Source: Candidatus Amesbacteria bacterium (GTDB lineage Bacteria > Patescibacteriota > Microgenomatia > CAZETR01 > Amesbacteraceae). Taken from it: a DNA stretch of 64,000 bases. A model generated the notes under the pieces. That model was not told the origin of the DNA. It saw nothing but the letters and a program-made list of their open reading frames with translations, and did not search any database. The stretch spans positions 69,294 to 133,293 of the forward strand of contig CAVTQH010000002.1 of assembly GCA_963736875.1 (NCBI GenBank). Direction: 5' to 3'. A program made the translations under genes and the position numbers. Below are positions 9,865 to 19,263 of this stretch, one piece after another; positions within the stretch are counted from its first letter, which is position 1, and each line of letters starts with the position of its first letter.

Positions 9865-10461
9865 TTGAGTTACAATTCCCTGATGGACGCAAAAATTCAG
9901 GCTCATTTTCAAAGGCAGGACTCCGTTATCTATTCCTTGCTAAAAAAGGTTGGAGAAATTCCTCCTCCCAAAGCCCGTAGTCATCGTCAATACTTCCGCT
10001 CCCTTTGCTCCGATATCATTTCCCAGCAGCTGTCAGGCAGGGTGGCTGACGTATTCTGGAAACGTTTCTTAAGTCTTTTTCCCAAAAAACAAGCCACCCC
10101 CTCCCGGGTTTTAGCCTTATCTGACAAGACACTTCGCGGCATCGGCATTTCCAATTCAAAAGTGTCCTTTCTGAAAAGTCTGGCCGATCACTTCGTGAAT
10201 AAAAAAATTGATTTCAAAAACCTGGCCAACCTTTCTGAAGAAGAAGTGGTAGGGGAATTGACAAAAATCAAAGGGATCGGCAGATGGACTGCTGAAATGT
10301 TTCTGATGTTTTCTCTTGCCCGGCCTGATGTCTTTTCAGCCGGTGACCAGGGCTTAAAAAACGCTATCAAGAAATTTTATTCAAAGGTTCCCGACCCCGC
10401 CATTTGGTCTCCTTACCGTACCTATGCCTGTCTTATACTCTGGAGAAGTCTTGACCAATAG
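9865..10461 (+). CDS. HhH-GPD family DNA glycosylase (AlkA-like 3-methyladenine DNA glycosylase II)
   Basis: Helix-hairpin-helix GPD motif (KIKGIGRWTAEMFLMFSLARPDVFSAGDQGL) containing the catalytic Asp. Start may lie a few codons downstream. Confidence 0.7.
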   Translation: MSYNSLMDAKIQAHFQRQDSVIYSLLKKVGEIPPPKARSHRQYFRSLCSDIISQQLSGRVADVFWKRFLSLFPKKQATPSRVLALSDKTLRGIGISNSKVSFLKSLADHFVNKKIDFKNLANLSEEEVVGELTKIKGIGRWTAEMFLMFSLARPDVFSAGDQGLKNAIKKFYSKVPDPAIWSPYRTYACLILWRSLDQ

Positions 10462-11474
10462 ACCACCTCGGCTTCCGATCCACTTGTTCCGGATGATAAG
10501 TGTTTAATGGGTCGTGATTAATCAGCCTTAACCCGGCCGCGACCCCGATCATGGCAGCGTTGTCTCCCACAAGTTTGGCAGAGTAGGGGAATCTGACTTT
10601 CAAATCCAATTCCTTCCCCATTTTTCTCAATCTCTTACGCAGCTTCAATATTTGCAGCTACTCCGCCTCCCACCAACATTTCTTTAGCCGGATATTTTTT
10701 ACTAATTTCTATTACCACTCTTATCAAATGCTGGAAAGCTCTGTCCTGAAAACTTGCTGCCAAATCATAGATTTGCCCAGCAGTAAGTCGGGAGTTGGAA
10801 CCGGAAACCAACCGGAAAAACGCGGTTTTCAGACCCGAATAACTGAACGATTCTTTATCACTGCTTCGTGCCATCGGCAGGGGCAGGGAATAAGATTTAG
10901 GCTTACCGAGTCTGGCCATTTTTTCTAAAATTGCCCCGCCCGGGTATCCCAGTCCCAGCATCCGGGCGGCTTTGTCCAGGGCTTCCCCCAGGGCATCATC
11001 CGAAGTCTTGGCCAGTATTTTATACTCTCCGATCTTACTGATTAAAACCAATTCAGTGTGTCCTCCGGATACCACCAGCCCCAAGGCGGGGAAAACCACC
11101 TTTTCATTATGGTTGGCCAGCGGGCTGAGTAAATGTCCTTCAATATGGTTAACCGGTATCAATGGCAGTTTATATTTAGCAGCAATTTCTTTTGCTTTGG
11201 CAACTCCTACCTCCAAAGCTATTGCCAACCCCGGACCTGCCGTAACTGCAACCGCCTGGATATTATTCAAAGTGCAATGTGCGGTAAGTAATGCCTTGCG
11301 TACCGCGAAATCTATTCTCTCCTTATGCATTCTCTGCGCCAGTGACGGCATTACCCCGCCGAATTTCGCGTGTAAGCTGGCTTGCGACCAAATCACATTC
11401 GATAACACAGCTGTTCCCTCAGTTACCGCAGCCGCAGTTTCATCACATGAGGTGTCAATAGCGAGAATCTTCAT
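10433..11474 (-). CDS. tsaD: tRNA N6-adenosine threonylcarbamoyltransferase TsaD (Kae1/Gcp), interrupted by one frameshift near 10640-10650
   Basis: ORF 10635..11474 carries the ASKHA fold and metal-binding motifs (VNHIEGHL, GGVAAN). ORF 10433..10648 in the adjacent frame continues with the conserved C-terminus (LRKRLRKM...AKLVGDNAAMIGVAAG). ATGA start/stop overlap with the upstream TsaC-TsaE gene. Confidence 0.8.
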
Positions 11475-12514
11475 ACTACCATCCAGGAAATTAATCTCTC
11501 ATTTTCTGCTTTTGTATAAGCAATTTTTACCCACACTACCACCGCCTCTTCGTTATATTTCCTGATGGTATCCGCTACCCGGTCCGCCCACTCCACAGCC
11601 AAAACACTTTTATCACTTATTTTCTTTTTTAAACCCAGGTTCTCCAATTCCTCCCCGTTTTGAATTCGCCAGGCATCCATATGCACCAATCTCCCGTAAT
11701 CCAGCTCCAGGTTAAAAGTTGGGGAAACCACTTCTTCTTTTATTCCCATTGCCCGGGCAAGTCCCTTGGTAAATTGGGTTTTTCCCGCACCCATCAATCC
11801 CTCCAGGGCAAAGATGATTGCTCTTTGGCCGGCATAAACTTCGTATTTTTGCCACAATTCCTTGCCGATATTTTGTGTGTTTTCTTCACTTCTGCTGACA
11901 ACTGATGACTGTTGACCAAAGACCACTTTCCCCTGCCTTAAAACCACCGTATCATCCAAAGTGGTGTCAATCACAGTCGACGGTTCATTGCGCGGCAATT
12001 CTCCGGCATCAATAACAAGATCAATCAGACGTTCTTGTTTTTGTGAAATATTATTCAGAATATCATCAATTTTATATGGTCTTTTTTTATAACCGGCATT
12101 TGCGGAAGTCGCAACTATTGGCCTGCCGAAGGCATTAATTAACTTAAGCATGAATGAATAATCAGGAATTCTTACCCCCAGGGTTCCGCTTTCGGATTCC
12201 ACTCCGGCAGCCACTTTATGTTTACCTTTGGAAACAATAGTCAAAGGCCCCGGTAAAAAATTGCGGTATAGTTTTTTTGCTGTTTTATTCAGTTCTGTAT
12301 ATTCTTCAGCCATTTTTTGATCGGAAGCCATGATGGCATACGGTTTCCCCAAAGGCCGCTGTTTATAATTACTTAATTTTTTGATCGCCTCAGGATTTGT
12401 TGCATCTACAGCCGCTCCGTATACCGTTTCGCAGGGAAATATTATCAAACCCCCATGTTTTAACACATTGCATACATTTCGGACATTGGCCCCGAACTCT
12501 TTTATTATCAGCAC
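11471..12514 (-). CDS. Fusion protein: L-threonylcarbamoyladenylate synthase TsaC/YrdC domain (N) + t6A ATPase TsaE/YjeE domain (C)
   Basis: N-terminal YrdC fold (FPCETVYGAAVDATNPEAIKKLSNYKQRPLGKPYAIM...GVRIPD). C-terminal P-loop TsaE (LEGLMGAGKTQFTKGLARAMGI...VVSPTFNL...HMDAWRI). 347 aa. Translationally coupled to tsaD. Confidence 0.75.
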   Translation of the reverse strand: MLIIKEFGANVRNVCNVLKHGGLIIFPCETVYGAAVDATNPEAIKKLSNYKQRPLGKPYAIMASDQKMAEEYTELNKTAKKLYRNFLPGPLTIVSKGKHKVAAGVESESGTLGVRIPDYSFMLKLINAFGRPIVATSANAGYKKRPYKIDDILNNISQKQERLIDLVIDAGELPRNEPSTVIDTTLDDTVVLRQGKVVFGQQSSVVSRSEENTQNIGKELWQKYEVYAGQRAIIFALEGLMGAGKTQFTKGLARAMGIKEEVVSPTFNLELDYGRLVHMDAWRIQNGEELENLGLKKKISDKSVLAVEWADRVADTIRKYNEEAVVVWVKIAYTKAENERLISWMVV

Positions 12515-12536
12515 GGGTTGATTATACTAAAGCAGG

Positions 12537-12920
12537 ATGGAATCAAAGCTGTTTTTATTGGTTGGTGTATTCGCTTTTCTGGCAATTTTAGGAGCAGTTT
12601 CGTGGACAGCCCTTGGTAAATCCCAATCCGGGCAATTTTGCGGTGGTATTGCCGGTAACACTTGCCCGGCTGGGTACACCTGTAAACATGACGGTAAATA
12701 TCCGGATGCAGGCGGAATATGTGTTAATGCCCTGGATCCGTTAATGCAAAAAATATATTCGATATTTCCGCAATTACAACCCAAAAATAACTACACTTGT
12801 CCGGCAGGGGAGTGGGTCGACTGCATGCCCGGACCGGGTCCGGTTAAATCTCAGTGCCGGAAAGATTATCTGGATTGGGCTGTCAAAAATTGCCCCGGTT
12901 TCCGCGGAGCAGCCCTGTAA
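12537..12920 (+). CDS. Small secreted/membrane-anchored cysteine-rich protein (10 Cys), hypothetical
   Basis: ATG preceded by an AGGA motif. N-terminal hydrophobic signal/anchor (LFLLVGVFAFLAILGAV). Paired-Cys spacing CGG..C..C and CP..C repeats suggests a disulfide-rich extracellular domain. Confidence 0.5.
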   Translation: MESKLFLLVGVFAFLAILGAVSWTALGKSQSGQFCGGIAGNTCPAGYTCKHDGKYPDAGGICVNALDPLMQKIYSIFPQLQPKNNYTCPAGEWVDCMPGPGPVKSQCRKDYLDWAVKNCPGFRGAAL

Positions 12921-12922
12921 AC

Positions 12923-14623
12923 CTAGTTTGTTTTTGTTCCTCTCAGATAAACCGCCTGCCAGGGACGGTAGCTGGAATAAAAAGTCCGCTGTTGTAATAT
13001 TTCTTCACCACGGGTGACTGTCCAGTCAAACGCCACTTTTGCCCCCCAGGCCGAGTGTTCGGTTTGTACCACTTTTCCAACGGGTAGAGTGGGATCATCC
13101 TGGTAAAGATCCGGAGGAGGGGAGATCACTTCCCAGATTCTGGCCTTGGATATCTCAACTTTTCTGCCGTCGCCTGTTCCGTACAATTCAAATGCCAGAT
13201 ACTTTGTTTTTTCATCATATACCGCCTGAATCAAAATGTAGTTTCCCGTGTCATTTCTGAATTTAAAATCCGGTGCCGGTTGAAAGACTGTGGCATCAAA
13301 TCCGGGCTGATACTTTACTTCATAGTAACTTACTCTGTAAGCATGGGCGGTCCGTTCTTCTATAGGTAAACCCGTGGCCAGTATTGCCCGAAATAGCGTC
13401 GAAGATACCTGGCATACTCCGCCGCCGTCGCCGAGTATGGTTTTTCCTTCCTTTATTATATACGCCTGTTTATAGCCCGTATTTGCTGACACTTCACCCA
13501 CAGCCTGATTGAAAGAAAATACCTGATCAGGGGCTACCAGTACCCCGTTTAAAGTATCAGCCGATCTCTTGAGATTGTATATTCTGTTGGTAATCGAACC
13601 GGTAAACCAGGATTCACCTTTCCCGATAAGCTCCTTTATTCCCAGGCTGTTGGCGTCACCCGTAGCAATTTCCGGTTCTGTGGTTCTGGTTTCCAAATCC
13701 GCTATTAAATTCCCGCTGCTTTCCGTAATTTTATCCAATACAGCCATCATTATTTCAGTTGTGTTTTCTTCCAGAACTGTTACCCCCTCTCTCGCCGGTT
13801 CAAATTCTTCTACTTTACCCTCCCCCAAAAATCTGAAGGTGGAATTTTGGGGGAGCCTGTTTACTGTTTGGGCCAATTCTTTTATCCATTCTTTAACTTT
13901 ACCCCTGTTCCATACCCCGGTTTGCAGATCAAGCCAGGTCAGCATCTGCTCATCATCCACTTCCCAATTTTGCATCCCGTCTGCATAATCAACCATAATT
14001 TTTTTCCCCAAGATTGCCTGGGCTTTGGCTTTCACCGCTTCTATCTGCTCATCGGTCAATTTCGGCTTGATTTCCGTTACCGGAATTTCAATCTCATTTT
14101 CTCCCCAGTTTCTGACAGCCAGCCTGATCTTACTTTTTAGTAACTCCGTGTTTATTTGATAACCGTTTTCTCCGGAAGTGACATTTATCTCGGATTTGTT
14201 CACCCCCCTGATTATTTCCGGCTCCATTGGGGGAACATCTATTTGGGCTGCCATGGAAGCGATCATCTGGTCCAGTCCGATATTATCCCAGCTCCAGATG
14301 GGGTCCACGCCCATACCCCTATTCATGGCCCTCAGTTTTAAACCTAAATCACCCCCGATGTTTCCCGACCTTCCGGAAAGAATTGCTTCCAAAGCGCTGG
14401 TTGTCGGTTCGTATACCAGTCCGATATCGGTAATCGGTATGACCCACTTGTTTACCCCCCTTTTAAAGGTTAACTCTTTTACATTTTCCGCCCTGACGGA
14501 AATCTTTTGAGCCGCTTCTTCAAGACTCATTCCTCCCAGGTCCACCCCCCCGACTTGTATGCCGGGATAAACCCGGTTCCAGTACCGGATTTCAAAACCC
14601 GTTCCGATGACGGATAATAGCAA
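12923..14623 (-). CDS. VanW family protein
   Basis: VanW-domain hallmark GGGVCQVSSTLFRAILATGLPIEER. N-terminal TM/signal. 566 aa. Confidence 0.75.
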   Translation of the reverse strand: MLLSVIGTGFEIRYWNRVYPGIQVGGVDLGGMSLEEAAQKISVRAENVKELTFKRGVNKWVIPITDIGLVYEPTTSALEAILSGRSGNIGGDLGLKLRAMNRGMGVDPIWSWDNIGLDQMIASMAAQIDVPPMEPEIIRGVNKSEINVTSGENGYQINTELLKSKIRLAVRNWGENEIEIPVTEIKPKLTDEQIEAVKAKAQAILGKKIMVDYADGMQNWEVDDEQMLTWLDLQTGVWNRGKVKEWIKELAQTVNRLPQNSTFRFLGEGKVEEFEPAREGVTVLEENTTEIMMAVLDKITESSGNLIADLETRTTEPEIATGDANSLGIKELIGKGESWFTGSITNRIYNLKRSADTLNGVLVAPDQVFSFNQAVGEVSANTGYKQAYIIKEGKTILGDGGGVCQVSSTLFRAILATGLPIEERTAHAYRVSYYEVKYQPGFDATVFQPAPDFKFRNDTGNYILIQAVYDEKTKYLAFELYGTGDGRKVEISKARIWEVISPPPDLYQDDPTLPVGKVVQTEHSAWGAKVAFDWTVTRGEEILQQRTFYSSYRPWQAVYLRGTKTN

Positions 14624-14722
14624 TATTGCCTCCCACTCCCAGACTTAATCCCGGATTAACTGTTTTCATAAGTGTTATATTACTTATTGTATACTTTAAC
14701 TTGTTTCTAATTAAATTTTTAT

Positions 14723-16333
14723 ATGGCAACCCTTGACCCGAAAGCCGGTGAAGACTTAACCCAGAAAATTGACCAGGTGGAACAGTCCATCGCTTCGGAT
14801 TTGCAGCGTGGCAACTCTCCCGACCCTTCTACCCAGGCAGCTATGGAAGATGCGACACTTCTGAAATCTCAATTTCCCGGGATACCCGTATCTCCTCCGC
14901 CGGCATCTCCGCCACCTGTAATTCCCCCTCCGCCTCCTCCTGTTTCTTCATCACCACTCCCGCCTGTCGGAAGTGTTACACCCCGCAAACCCAGGTCTAA
15001 ATTAACAGGGTTTCTCTTCCTTTTTTTCGGTCTGGCTGTCCTTATTGGTTTAGCCATTGCCACCGGACTTTTTTCCCAGATTGCACCCAAACTGGGATTG
15101 GGTTCGACCACTATCACTTACTGGGGGCTTTGGGAGCCGGAATCCGTTATGCGGCCGGTTTTGGATGAATTCGAAAAGGCCCATTCCGGAGTAAAAGTTG
15201 AATATAAAATGGAGTCTCCCCAGGAATACCGGGAACGTTTACAATCAGCTATTAATTCAGGGTAATGGTCCGGACATATTTCGTATTCACAACACCTGGG
15301 TACCCATGTTCCGGTCGGATTTAGCCCCGGTTCCTTCCGGAATCTATTCCGCCTCCGATTATGAAAAAACCTTTTACCCTGCAGCCGTTTCCGATTTCAG
15401 ATCCGGAGGCGGTTTTCGTGGCCATCCCCCTGGAATACGACGGGATAGCCATGTTTATTAACGACGACCTTTTATCCAAAAGCGGTCAAAGCCCCCCCCA
15501 GGACTGGGATCAGTTACGTGACGTGGCTCTGGCCATGTCTGAATGTGCTTCCCAAACAGGCGCCTGTACTCTGGGATCCAAAATTCTGGTTTCGGGTGTG
15601 GCTTTGGGTTCCACCCAAAACGTTGATCATTGGGAGGATGTGGTTGCCGTTCTGATGCTGCAAAACAATGTCAATTTAGCAAACCCTGCCTCTCCTGTTG
15701 CCAAACCGGCGGAAGACGTACTGGAGTACTTTAATAGTTTTGTTAAAACGTATCACCTTTGGGATCCGAATCTCCCTTCCTCCACCTCCAGTTTTGCCGG
15801 CGGTCGGGTAGGTATTTACTTTGGGCCTTCCTGGCGGGTATTTGATATCCAGGCCATGAATCCGAATTTAAGGTTTTCGGTATATCCCATACCCCAACTG
15901 CCTGTCGATCCGGTCCGGGGTGAAACCCCGATCACCTACGCCAGCTACTGGGCTGAAGCGGTTAACAAAAAAAGTCCCCGGGCTGGTCAGGCCTGGGAAT
16001 TGTTAAAATTTCTTAAGTTCTCAGGATATCCTCCAGAAACTTCATCAGCAGGCAGTTTCATCGGCCCGGATTTTTGGTGAGCCCTACAGCCGTAAAGATC
16101 TCGCCGACTCTCTGAAAAACTCCAAATACGCCGGGGTGTTTGCCGGGCAGGCAACCTTGGCCAAATCCTGGTATCTTGCTTCATATACCCACGACGGCAA
16201 CAGCGGGCTCAACTCCCGCCTTTCCGCTCTCTTTGCCGAGGCTTTAGCCAGAACCAGACCTATTACCACTATAGCCGCAGACATAAATAAAGTATTATCC
16301 GAATATGGTCTGGCCTCGCCGTCCGCCCCGTAA
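14723..16333 (+). pseudogene. Extracellular solute-binding protein (ABC transporter SBP family 1-like) in four pieces joined by three 1-nt frameshifts
   Basis: Pieces are 14723..15265, 15264..15461, 15361..16080 and 16084..16333. They concatenate into one SBP sequence (…ITYWGLWEPESV…INSG|NGPDIFRIHNTWVP…GGGFRG|IPLEYDGIAMFINDDLL…FIGPDF|GEPYSRKDLADSL…). Each junction lies at a homopolymer (GGG near 15260, GGCC/CCCCC near 15420, TTTTT near 16075). N-terminal architecture is a cytoplasmic segment, a Pro-rich linker (PPPASPPPVIPPPPPPVSS) and a TM helix. Confidence 0.65.
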
Positions 16334-17147
16334 TCCGGGAAAAAGTGTTCTCGATACTCTTAGTTATTCTGATCAGTTTGATTACCCCCTGACTCTTTCT
16401 GAAATTTGGTTTTGGCAGATCTCTTCAGCCTTTCCGTTGAATAAATTATCCTCCTGGCCCTTTGTTACCGCCGGTTTATATCATCTCAACGAGCGGTCCC
16501 ATTTAATCTCCATACGTAAAAAAAGAGCCTTATATAGCCAAAAGAAGTGGCAAATTGCCGGAACTATAGCCAGCCTGTTAAAAAAAATTCCCGCCATTCA
16601 GGCAGTTTTTGTTACCGGCGGTTTATCCATGAATAATTGCCCTGAATTTGATGATATCGACATTATGCTGGTCACCTCGCCTCACACTCTCTGGTTTACC
16701 CGGCCGGTGGTAGTCATGCTTCTCAGGCTTTTAAAGCTGCGCCGGGATCCCTACCTGCCGGAACATTCTTCACCCCGGGTAAGTGATAAAATTTGCGACA
16801 ATCTTTGGCTCGACCAAAATCATCTATCCGTATCTGTTCGAAATTTGTATACCGCCCACGAAGTACTCCAGGCCAAATGCCTTTTTGACAGGGGAGATAT
16901 CCACCGCCAATTTCTGGTCCAAAACTCCTGGACCGAAAAATATCTCCCGGTAGCATACAGCCAAACCCTGAGACAATGTGACGAGCCGGCTGTTTCCGAC
17001 CGCCGGTCAGTGGTATTGAATGTTTTTCTATTTACTATTAACTATTTTCTGTTTACTGTTCAGTATTTACACATGCGGCCCCGTCTGACTCATGAAAAAG
17101 TTGGTCTGGGTTATGCTTTTTTTCACCCGGATTCACCTCCTGTATAA
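16305..17147 (+). CDS. Nucleotidyltransferase-fold (Pol-beta-like NTase) domain protein, hypothetical
   Basis: NTase signature VTGGLSMNNCPEFDDIDIMLVTS (GS…DxD). Start uncertain: the 16305 ATG overlaps the SBP tail, and a GTG at 16344 is the alternative. Confidence 0.45.
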   Translation: MVWPRRPPRNPGKSVLDTLSYSDQFDYPLTLSEIWFWQISSAFPLNKLSSWPFVTAGLYHLNERSHLISIRKKRALYSQKKWQIAGTIASLLKKIPAIQAVFVTGGLSMNNCPEFDDIDIMLVTSPHTLWFTRPVVVMLLRLLKLRRDPYLPEHSSPRVSDKICDNLWLDQNHLSVSVRNLYTAHEVLQAKCLFDRGDIHRQFLVQNSWTEKYLPVAYSQTLRQCDEPAVSDRRSVVLNVFLFTINYFLFTVQYLHMRPRLTHEKVGLGYAFFHPDSPPV

Positions 17148-17156
17148 TAGTTACTC

Positions 17157-18177
17157 ATGTCCAAAAAATCCAAAGCCGCCTTTATCACCGGCATCACCGG
17201 TCAGGACGGATCCTATTTGGCTGAATTCCTGCTGGAAAAAAACTACGAGGTATACGGTCTTCTGCGTAGAAACAGTAATCCCAGCTACGGGAACGTTTCT
17301 CATCTTCGCCACGAAATCAAATTTGTTTTGGGTGATCTGGCGGATCCGGCATGCATCAGTATGTATCTGGCCAAGATTCAACCGTCGGAAATTTATAATC
17401 TCGGTTCCCAATCCCATGTCCATGAATCCTGGCTTCAGCCTCTGGCCACGGCGGATCAAACTGGACTGGGGGCTTTAAGAATTTATGAAGCTGTCAGAAA
17501 TGTGGTTCCCAAAGCCCGTGTTTACCAGGCAAGCACCAGTGAGTTGTTCGGGGCGACAACCGTCTCTCCCCAAAATGAAAATACTCCCGTTTGTCCGGCC
17601 AATCCCTATGCTTCAGCCAAAGCTCTGGCCCATTTTGATGCCCAAATCTATCGCCGGTCTTTCAATCTTTTTATATCAACCGGTATTGCCTTTAATCACG
17701 AAAGCCCCAGGAGGAGTCCTGATTTTGTCACCCGCAAGATTAGCCTGGCCGTTGCTGCTATCAAACTTGGTCTTAAAGGGCAGCGGATTCCTTTAGGTCA
17801 GGGTAACCGTCCGGTGGTCTCCGATAAAGGTAAGCTTGGAGCTGGGCAATCTGGACGCCCAAAGGGACTGGGGGTTTGCCGGAGATTTTGTGCAGGCTAT
17901 GTGGATGATCCTGCAGCACGACCGTCCTGATGATTTTGTCATAGCCACAGGGCAAATCCACTCGGTTGCCGAACTTTGCGAAGCTTCTTTCTCCCAGGCA
18001 GGTTTAAACTGGAAAGATTATGTAGTGGTCAACCCTGAATTTGTCCGTCCTACCGAAACCGGACCATTGGTAGGGGATTACTCCAAAATCAGAAAAACCC
18101 TGGGCTGGAAACCCAAAACCACTTTTAAACAGCTGGTGGAAATGATGGTCACGGCCGATATCTCCCGCCTTAGCTAA
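17157..18177 (+). CDS. gmd: GDP-mannose 4,6-dehydratase, disrupted near 17775-17840 by a roughly 52-nt extra segment that changes frame
   Basis: N-terminal FITGITGQDGSYLAEFLLEKNYEVYG...NLGSQSHV...YQASTSELFG...GIAFNHESPRR...KISLAVAAIKLGL is GMD. Downstream ORF 17836..18177 continues with LGNLDAQRDWGFAGDFVQAMWMILQHDRPDDFVIATG. About 64 nt lie between the two conserved blocks where homologues have about 12. Confidence 0.8.
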
Positions 18178-19263
18178 CCTTCCTCTTTCATCCAGTTAAA
18201 AATCAGGTGTGAGTTATATCCCTGTTATGGCCGATACTCCTGAAACACTCTCTGACGTAGATATAATCGCTGCCGCCTACTCACGCTGGACCAGTCGTGC
18301 TTCTACGGAGAAATTGATTCGATCACTAAGACTATTCAGGACCATCTTCCTCAAAAGACAAAATTACCCAATCCGGATCAACATTTAGATCTTCAGTCTC
18401 TCGTTATTCCTCGCGCACTGGCTCTTTTGGATAAGCCTCTTCCTAAAAACCCCACTCAGGTTAGACGCGAAAATCGTAAAAACATTCGTCGTCGAACTAC
18501 TGAAGGTACAGAACAAGTATCCGAACAGTCGGGTATTTTAAAACTCGGCACTTCTGCACATAAAATAATTGAGACGATTTACCAAAATCCCAGCAAAGCT
18601 CCGGTCGAGACTCTGGGTTATTCATTAAGCTTAATTCCCGGAACCGACAGTCATCAGGTATCCGGGGTCGAATTTTCCAAGTACTCACCCCGATATAAAC
18701 AACCGGACTTTTTCGTTTCGAAAGAAATTGACCACGAACCTTCGCCTATACTTTTATTCTCCGCACATCCTACCGATTCTCCGGACCAGGAAGATATTGT
18801 CACCTGGACCAGGAAAAAATTCCGATCCGGTCTCTCTGATCTAAACTCGGTTTTTCGGCAAACTGCCTTCGACTCCGTAAACAAGGGAGCTAGCTCTTCA
18901 GGATCAGAAAACAAACCGGATGCTGACCCGAATTACGGAAAATTTCATCACTTTAGTGGGGCCGGATTCATGGGCTCACATGGGTCTTCTGTCAAAAAGG
19001 CAATACGATAAAGTCTCACTCGTGCACGATTCGTTTTTCCTCTGCTTAATCTCTTCACTCCGGTTGTTGTGCCCGACGGAGCCGGTTGATCCGAACAGTG
19101 CTATTTTCTGAAATTCCGGTAGGAAATTGTGCAATTACCAATGGCCGCTCTCTTACTTTACGGGGTGGAATAGTTGATCTTCTCTCCATTAACCTGGAGT
19201 CCGACATGCAAAACCACCCCATATTTACCCATTTCACCTCCGGCCAAATTATTGACTCTGTTG

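Noticed and set aside
13039-14510. Several 60-140-aa plus-strand ORFs inside the vanW gene
   Set aside because: They are antisense shadow ORFs of a confidently assigned VanW-family gene.
18427-19011. 194-aa plus-strand ORF in the gene-poor island
   Set aside because: Its low-complexity S/T/P/R/E-rich translation is unlike the rest of the proteome, and it has no motif. I treat the region as non-coding or decayed rather than a gene.
18178-19263. Possibility that the no-ORF segment is an rRNA fragment, RNase P RNA, tmRNA or group II intron
   Set aside because: I looked for the hallmarks (GGAAAGTCCGGGCUCC P4 motif, tmRNA tag ORF plus TΨC-CCA end, GUGYG…domain V, 23S/16S terminal sequences) and found none; I kept it as an open ncRNA candidate only.
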